Part shown: piece by piece, positions 52,588 through 64,000 of the stretch
Position numbering within the stretch: the first letter of the stretch is position 1
How the letters are laid out: each line of letters begins with the position of its first letter
Assembly (NCBI GenBank): GCA_040954595.2
Contig: CM082595.2
Span: 1,552,635 to 1,616,634 of the forward strand
Direction: 5' to 3'
Length of the DNA stretch: 64,000 bases
Source: Balanoglossus misakiensis
Lineage: Eukaryota > Animalia > Hemichordata
The notes under the pieces: model-generated
Database searches by the model: none
Told to the model about the DNA's origin: nothing
The model's input: only the letters and a program-made list of their open reading frames with translations
Position numbers and translations under genes: made by a program

Positions 52588-54584
52588 GGCGCCATACCAC
52601 ATATTTAACTACACAAGGACAACTTTTCGAGAACACTTATGTTGTTTTCAGTGTGTGCAGCTACCTAGATATGTTCTTCCCTTGCAAATCTTGTGGATTT
52701 CTTTCTTGAAGTCTATTTTAAAATAAGCACAGTGATTATTCGGTCAGAGTGTGTATTTTTAACAATGTGGATTTTCAACATTTTAAACATGTATCGTTGT
52801 AATTTCATCACCTAATTTATTTCATTCTTGAATCCGTGATTGTCTTCGAAATAAAATTTTGTCCAAGCTGAGAGTTATTGTTCAGTGCCTTTCTATTCGG
52901 ATTCGGGGCTGTACATCTGATTTTAATCAGATTGGGGCTCTGAAAGACCGGTTATTATATTGGTGATTTCTGCCCCGGCGGTTGAATGAAACGACCCCCC
53001 CCCCGCCAGTCATTTTATATGCATATTCGTGCATGCCTTATCTGACAAGTACCCCAATGCGCGAAAAAATTCACACCACCCGCATTCAAAGGAGAAATGC
53101 TTCAATTATAATGCTCCAGGGTTTAATAAATTAATTCATGAAAGGGTCATTGTCACAGTTCATACTGACAATGCATTGATGTGTCAATCGCACTAGAGTT
53201 AAGAGTTAAGATTCTTTAGAGGAAATTGCCTTTCTCTGTCTGATCCCTCACTACAATGACAATAGCAATGCACTTATTTTACATTTGCCAAGTGTTCTAA
53301 TAACGCATGTGATATGATTGATGGCCATTGTAGGAGCCTTGTGTGTGAATAAACACGTTTTCGTACGCTATTATTCGATACATTTCTTATATCTGTATAT
53401 GGGAAATTGGAAAAGGGCGTTGCACCTTCAACCTATAAAAACAAAATTAATTTTCTTTTGGTCGATTGAGGGCGCTTAGGTTACTCCGGTTTTCTGAGTG
53501 GACCCTGAGTTTCTCACAAGAACATATAAATCTCAACGTAGATTTATTTTCCGCGCATCTGCCTTTTTATTTTATAACAATTAACAAAATGGCGTTTTAT
53601 GTGTTTACTTTTTAGAAATGAATACTGCGCAGTGATGCGTTGCTGACCAGGTAACACCAGCAAGACTTGTCGTCGAGAGAAACGAAAGGAACAGCCCTGC
53701 CGAAGTTTATCCGAAGATGTCTCCGAAGTTGGAGACAAGTGCAGAACGGACAATGAAGTGGGACCCGAAGAACACGAATTGGGAAATGACACACAGGTAC
53801 GTACTATCAACAAAGCCCATATTGTTGTTGGTGACGAATGTAAGTCCGGACTTAAATTCAGTTGTCAACAATAACACGTAGGTGTATACTCAAAGGATTG
53901 TGCACAGCTGAAACCCTTTGGGAAATGGATCAAAAACTAGAGAGTGGCACCCCCTGTCTAGTGTCTACGAACAGGCACACAGAAAGTGGCTTACTTTGCC
54001 CCTGTTTACATAACAACCACCAACATTGATCAGTTGATGGCAGTTCACTTTATCCTATATCCTTTCATAAGCAACAAAGGGTAACCCACTCAAGGAAGTA
54101 ACGTTTCCCGGGCGTTGGCGGAGCTGTTCACCTTCCACTGTGTAAGAGTAGTGTATAAGGAATTTAAGGTCAATGTCATAGCAACCACAACTATCTCTGA
54201 CATCACAATGGCGTGCGACACAAGTGATAAAAACATAACTTGTTGTAGCGGATAATTGTCATTTAATTGCGGACGTATCGTCTTTAATGAACCGTTCAGA
54301 ATTGGTCAAACTTCCTGCAGCAACTATGTAGGGCCCGGAAAAGACGCATTAGTCTACCAAATTCCAAAGACTGTCTGTTTTATAAAGAGCCACCCTTTCT
54401 AAAAAATGGAACTGAGATGATGTAACCATGGCTAACAAATAGTTGGCGTGATGGCCCCCAACACACACCCATCCACATTGACGGTGACACGGACACACAT
54501 TTCTGTTGATCGATCGTGGATAACACAAAGTGAAACTGACGGACCAATCGACTGATATAAATAAACATGTTGAATGTAGACACC

Positions 54585-54611
54585 CCTCTCTCTCTCGCTC
54601 TCTCTCTCTCT

Positions 54612-54662
<51 letters not shown>

Positions 54663-54711
54663 TTTCTCTCTCACTCTCTGTCTGTCTCTCTCTCTCTCTC
54701 TCTTTCTCTCT
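54585..54711. repeat. (CT)n microsatellite
   Basis: Directly visible. Confidence 0.92.
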
Positions 54712-55176
54712 CAATATGTATGGGTTAACAAGAGACGTGTTTGTGATATGTGTTTTATACATAAATGATTCGCTGCGTTTTGACAGTTGAATTACTCAGG
54801 TTGAGGACACCCTGACAATTAGGTTCAATCTGTACAGGCATAGTGATCCTTTAACATTTAAATCGACATAATTGACAAAGTGGGGTGTGTTTTCGGTACA
54901 GGTCTTGACCTACGTGAACACAGCTATTGTACCATACTGACCCTTAAGGACTTAGCCCGTCTTTTAACCACACACCGCCTACACGATACGCAAGCACAAC
55001 CAGTCCGCACGCTTTAGTACAGGTATAACAAGACCAACCCTACGGAAGTCACTAAACGCGATTTGAAATGCCAATGTATTGGGTATCATAAACGCCGTGG
55101 TTTGATATGCGGTGTACTGTTATCTTCACACACAGGAAAAGACACCAATGTCGTTCGAATAGAGTAATATTTCATA

Positions 55177-55808
55177 ATGGCTTCAAGTCTCCTGACAAGA
55201 CAAGGTAAGTCGTCGTTTTGTTCTTTAACAGGTAAAACTCGTGTGTGAAAACTTAAACATTATTACATCAATGTGAAATGGCTGAGTCAATATAAAATAC
55301 TCGGTCTTTATATCATGTAACATCGGGTACATCAACAAATATTCCTGAAAACTTAAACATTATTACATCAATGTGAAATGGCTGAGTCAATATAAAATAC
55401 TCGGTCTTTATATTATATAACGTCGGGTACATCCACTAATATTCCTATTTCATTATTTTTTCAGATTTGAAAAAAATACTTGCGAAGGTCGACTTCTTCC
55501 TGTCTGTCGTTCTGTCGCGAGAAACTCTTTCGCCGAACACTGAAGCTTATCGTCAGCATGTTCTGGGCGAGTTGAACGTTGTAAACAGAGATAATTCCCC
55601 GAACAATGAGAAGGAAACGCGTAAAAACGCCGAGGCTTTACAAGTTGTAATGGGATCGCAAATTTCACACGAGGGTGATGGAATTTCCAGCGAGAATAAT
55701 AACACTGGCGAACGGCCCTTTGCGTATAAATTCAAGTTTGGGGAATACACTTCAGATGAATTCAAGTCTTCTTCTTTGGACACATATCTGGAAAAGACGG
55801 GGAATCCG
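55177..55808 (+). CDS. Probable 5' coding exons (55177-55204, 55465-55808) of a SKAP/AFAP-like adaptor protein; remainder not identified in the window
   Basis: Phase-1 junction gives MASSLLTRQDLKKILAKVDFFLSVVLSRETLSPNTEAYRQHVLGELNVV. This resembles, from memory, the SKAP N-terminal dimerization helix pattern (..LLADVETFVADILKGENLS...R). Donor ccg|gtaagc at 55808. Confidence 0.5.
55246..55445. repeat. 100-bp tandem duplication (2 copies) within an intron
   Basis: tgaaaacttaaacattattacatcaatgtgaaatggctgagtc...tattcc starts at 55246 and again at 55346 with few substitutions. Confidence 0.9.
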
Positions 55809-58800
55809 GTAAGCGGTTTTTTTTCTCATTTGTCCGTTTTTAATTTAAAATTTTGTACCAAACAAGTAACTTCGCGAAACTTGACCTTCGCCCTTATGGC
55901 GAAAGAGTCGCTGAACCCTATGTGAGGTGAATACTGTAATTCAATTGTACATCCTTAAAAGAAAATCTCCCCCAGGCTTTGGTTTGCCATGAACGCACTG
56001 ACACTAAATGTACATGACCCATGGGAAATATTAACCAGGTGTAATTACTGAGTACATTTTCTGGTCTCTGGTCAAACCACAGCAACGGGAAATATGTGAC
56101 TGTTCGTTTGTATTGGAATCACTTGACCGGAGCGTGGGTACCTTTTGCGGACAACTTTGAACCTGTGGTCATATATCACGGTCGTGCGCCTCAACTTGAA
56201 TCTGCAATTTCCAGATTTCTCTCAGAAAAGGAAATCTCGATCTCGATCACTCAAATACCGCAGTATTTAGTCGCGTGTTCATTTTGTTAACACACACTAG
56301 AAGAATGTTTACCGGTTTTCAATCAAATCTATTCGACAAGCATGTCTATACAATGGTATAAAGACGTAGAGATGGGCTTTCTAAGTAGCTCATCCATTGT
56401 TGTGCCTCGTTTTACCTCTGTGACGATAATAACTTATGAATACGACAAGTCAAAGAAATCCTCAGCCAGAGTTCATCAAAGATCTGTTCAATTCTCGGTG
56501 AAGGCAACCCGTTATAATCTGCATGAAGGTCCAGGCTTTTTCTTCACTCGTCTGTTTCCTTTTACAATTGTTCTTCTGAGACTTTGTCATCGTTCTTTGG
56601 TATCCTAACTCGGTAGTCGGTAACAATACCCAGTCCATCTAACGATCAGCGTGTGGAGGGTTGGGGTCGGGCGGACAGACGGACCAATCAATGAATGAAT
56701 GAACTCTACTCATTTTCCAAGAAACATCCATTGGGCGTCTTTAACAATGTCAATGAGTTTTTTAATTTTTCTTTGAAGAGGGGCATGCTACACATTCCAT
56801 AGGCTTATATTAAATAGTCTTGCTATTGAATCTTCAAGGTCAAGATTTAATTAAAATTGTGTGGTATTTTTCTCAGTAAACATAGGATCGTTTTAAATTT
56901 AATGACATCAGAGTTCACCTTGACACCTCAGAGCGGTCATGACCTAAGTTGGTGTTTACTCAAATCTATACCCCTTCTCTTTTCGGTAACAGCAGCTGCT
57001 GTCAGGGTTCAATGCATATTGACAGGTTCATGTTCAAGTGTAATAGCCGTGTCTTTGTTCGTCATTCGTCCTTGGCGATTTGGAACCAGAGCAGGTGAAA
57101 TGGCTTGGGGTTGTCTTTTGGGGGATTAACTGTAGTAAATATTTATCGCTAGGAACTTGGAACCTTTTTAGGTGAAGGAAATCCCAAACCAGCTATAGTC
57201 ATGACTGCTAAACGAAACTTTTATTTAACCACCTGGGTTTTTGTCGCCACACGACCATGGTTATACAGAAATTTGAACTTGTGTATAACCATCGGAGTGT
57301 TCTTGTGTTTTGGACCATCGGTGGGAAGAGCTACGTGCTTGAGGCGAACGTCAAGATCATGTAAAGGTGTGTCTATGCGATCACACAGCGTGTCTGGGGC
57401 CTTGTCACTGTAACATTCCTTTCCAACTTCAACTGATTTGTGCTAATTTCACCTGCACGCTTCGGTGACGGTGCATTGTGCGTGAAAGGCTTGAATTCAA
57501 CCGCATCCTTGTGATGTCCAAGGTGTCTACGAAAGACCATTAAAAGTCACCTGTCACAACTTGGCTATCTAACTTTTTATTCCATGAACCAGTACTGGCG
57601 TACAGTTATACTCAGTACTGCTTCACCGATATTTACTTTATTAACTTAATCTGTGAATGGGTACACAGATTAAGTCGTTAGCAGGTGCTAAATGGGAAAT
57701 TCGATAGTTTGTGTTCTGGATTAGCAACTGATAAGACAGGACGAGGGAAGACATTAAACACTCACGTACATAGACATGACAGGTATCTGTGTTCACCTTT
57801 ATTAAAGTTTATTGAATGTAAACACATTCCATTCCATTGTACGCGACTCTTTAATGAAATTCCGCTGCTTCTAAGTTCGCAGATACGTCAGTCTTGAAAC
57901 ACGTCAGAGATCTGGATTTGTTAGTCCAACAATAAGGCAAACATTAGCGAACACTTAGACACGCCCATCTAACCATGCATGGGCATATGTAAATAAGAAG
58001 TGAGCATATTGTAAATATAGTGATGAAAGATACAGTGTGATTTTATATCATCTGGAGAAGAAGTTCATGGAAAACTTACCAATGGGTAGTCGCACAGCGC
58101 CCTCGTGTGGCATGTGGTTGGTAAACCTGTTCAACTAAAAACTAGTACAAGATCTTCGCCCGTTATGATTTTTGTCCACATTTTATTGACCAGGGAACAT
58201 GTTCTTTTCATTTTTTATGGGACTGACACAATTAGAATTATATAAATGACAGAAATAAGGGTAGGCCAATATCGTGGTAAAAGTGACCATGGTATATAAA
58301 TTCAAGTTTCGAAGTTTCTTCATCACTTGGAATGAACCATATCCTCACTAAAGCGGCGATATTGTGTACATGGATGCAGAAATGGGCAATTTTATGACAT
58401 TACGGCAACGGACCACCTTTATCAAGCGACCTTCGCTTGGCTTTTGTCGACAAAGTAGCCGACAGAGAGTTTGGCTTTTTTTATTTAGTCACACACCGAC
58501 CTAGAGATCAGTTACATCCGTGCGACTTCCTCCGCGGTAGAAATCAGTTTCTATGAAGTCAAACGGGTTTCCGCTGCTTCGCTTTTGATCATGGATGCCT
58601 CGGAAGTATCTTGTTATTACAGTGACTGTAAATACAGGCGTTGTTTTCCGAAAATACCATCGTTTGCAGGCGTATGTCTGGTGTATTCGAAAAAGAATAT
58701 ATGAGAAAGGATGCGCAGAAGGATCCTTGTCCAATCAGGTTAGAGTACCAGAACGAGGCAGGAGTTTCCCTTGAAGGTTTTTGAGTTTACTTGAAATGTG

Positions 58801-60538
58801 TCGTCTGTCAAGGTTGCGTTTGTAAAATGCATTGAATTAAGAGTAAGTACCATTCTTAAGTTGTGGTATTGCCTTAGAAAGTACGTCTGTAAGCCCTGGT
58901 TTCGTCTTTGTCATAAGATATTTCCATACATCTATCAGAAGCTAGTCTGGGCTCTAGGACTCGAGTCTGAGTCAGTCGCCGTGTTAAAGTATACATTTTG
59001 TTCCTCATGTTTTGAACTGGAAATTGATGTATTTTGTTAGATGTTCATGTGCAATATTCCGTCAAATACAGAAAGGAGGTGTCGTCTGATAGAAGTGCTC
59101 GGTTGTACCACTCATCATCAGTTGATTATGTAGTTTCATCCGTCTGTAGCATCAACCTAATTCTCCCTTGCTACGAGTGAATTTTTTTTTGTTACATGTG
59201 CATGTGTCAAACCAATAAACAGACTTTATCTATCATCAGGGTACTTTGGAAGGTCGCTTCAGTATAGGCTGCTTCCCTCACTCGACTTTTGAATGTGTAT
59301 TTGACACAAGAACTTGGTCAATGACGGAGCGCGTGGTAAGATATATGTGTGGTGATGAAATTCTTGTATTCTGTTTTAATCATAATCTTCCATGTACATT
59401 TCATGAATATGTTATTACTGGTATTACGTTTGACATAGTTTTGATGCTGTCTTCATGAAGGTGCTGAACTCTGCAGTACTGAACCCATAAACAAAACGTG
59501 TCTGTGGTGCCTTAGAAGTTAGATATAAGTTACTGGATGATTCAGAAAGAACAGCTGGACTCTGACCTGTCAATTTCTCAGATGGCTAAAGTGAAATAGT
59601 TATACTGCGAGGAATATTGTAGAATTGAGAACTTCACAGACACAGTTCAAGAGATAGGCAACTATGTCAAGAAGCACAGTTGTTTAAGGTATGTGTTCTG
59701 TCGATGTACCACCCATGGTACCACCAGTACTATTGATGTAAAGTGCATGCTTGTGTATGTATGTCAACACAGAACTGAGTATATACATTCTCTCATATCC
59801 ATGCCTATATTTGTCATCAGTTTTGCTTAGAAAGAGGGGCTTTTTAGTGATCAGTAGTCTTTTATTGTGGCCAGCACCATATCAGTTTGAAACCACCCAC
59901 GTAACTACTTCTGAAAATAGACTTATCCTGTCTAACAACTGAAGGATTGTAAATTGTTATTCAAATCAGAATGCAGTGTGATGTAAATCTAGAACACCTT
60001 ATTTAGATATGGGATCTCCCCTGTCCGCTAATACCCTTTATACCACACACTTATCGATACTTCTGAGAACTCACTGCACAGGAGTATATCGCTTAGTCTA
60101 AAATTAGAAACTTCTGTTCACATTCAGAAAATGTGGTAGACTTCCTGTCATAGTGCAAGTAGAAAGTTGTTGCACACATAGTCATGTGAGTCTTCAGCCG
60201 AAAGTTTCATTGTATGGGTCGAGTGCACACTGGATTAGGGTCATTTACTTTGCGGCGATCAAGAGAACAATACACACAGGTAAGGTTGCTTCTCATGGTG
60301 AAAATCTTCTCTATAGTATAGCTCAACCGTGTACACTGTAACACAAAGTGACGCACAGTATTTTCTCGGTGTATCATAGCTTGCCTTCAAAGTCAAGCCC
60401 AGAACATGCTGCCTCTTCAAAATTCAACTGCGTGCGAGCTGTAAGGACTACTACTTGGGATTTCGACTTTAAGTGCTGTCTCCTAGAGATTTGCACTCAA
60501 ACGCTGATAGTGATATCGGAGTATGAGAAAAACCTACA

Positions 60539-60739
60539 TACTGTAAAACGGGAAATTTTTGCGAATGATAAATTTTTGCGAATCTTCGCGAGAGCAAAAA
60601 AAAACGTGATAATAAATAGTCGCGAAAGAACACTGTGTATAATAGAATGTTATGAGATAAAGAGAACGCGAAAATTAATCGGTTGCCTCTGTTGATATCG
60701 CGAAAATTTCCTGTCGCAAAAATTTCCCGTTTTACAGTA
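60539..60739. mobile_element. ~200-bp MITE with ~24-bp terminal inverted repeats and probable TA target duplication
   Basis: TA-ctgtaaaacgggaaatttttgcga ... tcgcaaaaatttcccgttttacag-TA; internal cgcgaaa subrepeats; no coding capacity. Confidence 0.85.
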
Positions 60740-63286
60740 CTCTCATCTGTCATTACATGGCATTCCACTCTGCGTTGTTGACATACAGTCATCACGGCAT
60801 TTGGTTTTGAAACCGAACACGTGAGCATTTTAACCCTTTCACTACCAGATCAATTTACTGGAAAAAGTTTTACAATATTTAGGACTCACTGCTGTTGCAG
60901 GTTGCCTTGATATAAATACACGAAGGCAGCAAAAATTCTATCCCTAATTGAAAAGCTTCACAGAACCAATGAACTGTTGACAATCTAGACTAGTGCCGGC
61001 AGACGTTAAAACAGTGGATGACAATAAATCACTCCCATGTTTCTGGAATATGTAGTTACGCCTGACCTCTCACCCAAGGGAAGTTCCTACCCATCATAAA
61101 ACATTTACAGACAAAGATGTTCAGACAGTTTAGTCAGTAGGCGATGTCTTGGGGCTTGAGCTTCCTTGAGTATAAAGGTCAAGGGTAACCATATACAAAC
61201 AGTCAACAGTCGCCTTGAAATGTTTGTGTAGGGGCAGTAGTCAAAAATATTCATTTTCTACGTAATAATTATGTCAGCTATGTGTTTCCTGTTGAAATCA
61301 TTCTTTTCGAAGTATGTTACTGATCACATGCTGGCATCAGTACATTTACTCCAGATTTGGAATTTGGAAGTCTACATTGGGTCAAAGTTTGTTGAACGTT
61401 ACAGAACTTTTCAGGGGTGCAACTTGAGAGCCCCAAGCATGCAATCCAAACTGACATAAAGTCAAAAGGGAATTCCAGACATTCTGTTCTCGGGGCATAC
61501 ATGTTGTGAAAGAATCGAGAAAAAGACAACATTTTTTTGTTTTAGGCATAATGGATAATACTAATTATTCCAGTCTGGTAGAGTGAGGTAAATATTGATG
61601 GAGTAGTTTTGCATTTCTATGGCTTATACTGTCAGTTACCCGATGTTCAGTAAGTTCAGCTTAGTTTTCCAAAGCCTAAGGTAGTACATTGTATACACCT
61701 TGGGGATAGCTTTTCAGAAAAATGACATCCCTCCAAATCTTTTCATTCTTTGCTGTGTTGAAAGTGTGTGAGGATTCTTTTTGAAAACAAAGGTAAAAAA
61801 AAAAAAACACGAAAAAGCTTTTAACACAGGAAAGCAAGTTTTATAGACCAGACATGTTAAATTGATTGACTTGACATCAACTTAACCTTGAGGTTGTGAA
61901 AACAAACTCATAAAATGGGTGGAGGAAACTATGTGGTGAGGTGAGAATGGTGTCATTGGATTGCTATGCCAGGTTCTGAGAAGTGTTTGACTAATATTTG
62001 AACTTGACCTATACAGTACAGGAAGTTACATTTGAACACCAGGTACTTCTGTGTGATGAAAGGGTTTTTAGACAGGTGGTGATTCTTAATTGTCTTGGTG
62101 TAGTTAAGTGTTTGCGAGGCATGTTCAGATCTTGTGGATCATGTTTGTGGTCTAGCTTGCCTATATGTACGTCATCTGAGACTTCAACAAACAAACTCAA
62201 GACTACCAAAACTAAGAAATTATAAATATTTGTTGTGCGTGCTCTTCTTGAAATGAAAGATTAACAGAAATGCATGCTGGTTACTGCTGCTTGTAAATGA
62301 AATAGGCAATTAACTTTCTATGCGGTTGTTCCTCAGTATACCATTTTAATAACAGTAATTAAAGTATCCCATTCAGAATATTTCCTTTATCAAGAATAAA
62401 TTTACCTAACTTGTTAATTTTTTTGAAGAATACCGGTAATACAGGACCTCAATTACTAGCTGTATTTTAAGAATTTGATGAATTTAGGACAATTTTTGTT
62501 AAGTGGTAATTTATGTTTGAACACATGCATTCACAGTTGATGATTGCTTGGTATGTTAGCTGTTTTCACGCAAGCAATTTTCAACAAAGAGTGATTAATA
62601 ACCCACCTGATTCCAGCCATGGTCTGTGTGCTGCAATAACAGATAGGGTAAGATACACCTGATTGTGTCAGACAAACCAGTATGGTAACCTTGCCACCTA
62701 AATGTGTGACCCTTTCACCCCCATTTCTTTTTCAAGAGATCCGGCATAACCATTGAGAGCAATGGAGTTGGACCAAACCATTCATGCAGTGATGAAAGGT
62801 TACGGCCTATGAATGATAGGTACAGGACAGGAAAGCTTATTCCACAAGAGATATACAAATTGCAGTCCACATATGTTTGCCCTCCAAAGGTTATCAATCT
62901 GAGTACACTGTACAAGTCTTTCCTCTGCTGTTCGAACTATATTCCTTCAACTAAAATGTAAAGTATAGCGTGGTTGTAGAGAGTCACTGTTCTCTACGCT
63001 AGAAATTCTGACCTGTGCTACTTTCATATTCTGCGAATTTTCAATCTAACTGATGAGAAAGCGTACATTATTACAAGCTTATGAATAATTAAAGTTTTGA
63101 TTAGTTGAAATATTTGCGCACAGAAATTAATTTCAGTCTTTCAAAACTGTATCCTTGGGGTGAGAGTGAAATTGATACACTGTCAATCAAACGTTCAGAT
63201 TGTTATATTCCAGCGGCAAAAAATTCCAGGGTTGAATTGTTTGGTATTTTATTCCAGTCATAGTTTGTAGCAGGTATAGACATGCT

Positions 63287-63426
63287 GTTAATGCGAACTT
63301 CACATATTTGACAAGATTTTTAAGACTAACCTATAAACTGTCATTTCATATTGTAGTGGAAATATGAAATGACAGTTTATAGGTTAGTCTTAAAAATCTT
63401 GTCAAATATGTGAAGTTCGCATTAAC
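63287..63426. repeat. Perfect 66-bp-arm palindrome with 8-bp spacer
   Basis: 63287-63352 is the exact reverse complement of 63361-63426; spacer gtagtgga. Confidence 0.92.
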
Positions 63427-64000
63427 GCATTTTATGAGAATGTTTCTCAAATAGAAACAAGAAGAACCTTGAAATGTGTTAAATTTCTTTGAAAAACAAC
63501 TCCGTCTATTCATGAGATCTGCTGTTAGTAGTTCATTCCCCAGTTTTCAACAATTCTAATTTGAATATCTGTCCATTTTTATTATTCCATAAACCCATAT
63601 GTTGTTTTCGTTTTATGACATCAGGTACATATTTCCAATGAATCTCATTTTTGTGGCTAGACTTTCTGACGACTCAAATTTGTCATGACAAGTATGTTTG
63701 TGGATGTGTATACAATCAAGACAAAACTGCCAAATTTTATTGCCTGCAGTAAATTCTTTTGTTTTTGTTTTCTCCCCATGAAACTATAATATGAACGTGA
63801 TATGGCATATTTTATCCCACAATATGCCTCATGAATGATGAGGAGACTATTGGTTTGGGTTCTTTGTGTCTGTGTGTATGCATGGTAATAAACTAGACCA
63901 GACAATTGAGTCTTAGTATCTAGTCGTGTTCCTCAGTAGTTTTGCAGCACAACTGACAAAACACAGCTAGATACTAGACTAATAGATGCTTGACTCAGGC

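Noticed and set aside
53616-53796. Possible third acidic secreted paralog
   Set aside because: The acidic frame has an upstream stop and no signal peptide. At best it is a non-coding or alternative exon of the downstream gene.
54349-54790. Arg/Glu-repeat and Ser/Leu-repeat ORFs (also at 34899-35428)
   Set aside because: Translations of (CT)n/(GA)n microsatellites.
56000-64000. Scattered 60-120 aa ORFs in the last 8 kb
   Set aside because: No domain motifs or phase-consistent exons recognised; likely intronic or intergenic.

Overview
Eukaryotic, intron-containing, AT-rich animal genomic DNA. The gene content and compact GT-AG introns suggest a marine invertebrate, possibly a deuterostome (inference). 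The ORF track uses alternative starts and ignores splicing, so I rebuilt gene models by reading splice sites by eye. In order: an otopetrin proton channel (+); COP9 signalosome subunit 7 (-, tail-to-tail with otopetrin); a signal-peptide/GPI-type protein made of two tandem cyclase (kynurenine formamidase/isatin hydrolase-like) domains (+); two tandem 12-exon SLC2A/GLUT transporter paralogs (+), the first with a ~7.6 kb TCTG/CCTG/TG satellite filling intron 10; a somatomedin-B + kringle + secretin/adhesion-class 7TM receptor (+); a phospholipid scramblase (+) with an L2/CR1 LINE fragment in an intron; two tandem orphan secreted proteins with an acidic core and basic tail (+); and the first exons of a probable SKAP/AFAP-like adaptor (+). 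Several MITE-like palindromes and micro/minisatellites are also present. The best novelty candidates are the secreted polyampholyte gene pair, the intronic repeat expansion with a DM2-like composition, the putatively GPI-anchored double cyclase and the kringle-shuffled GPCR.
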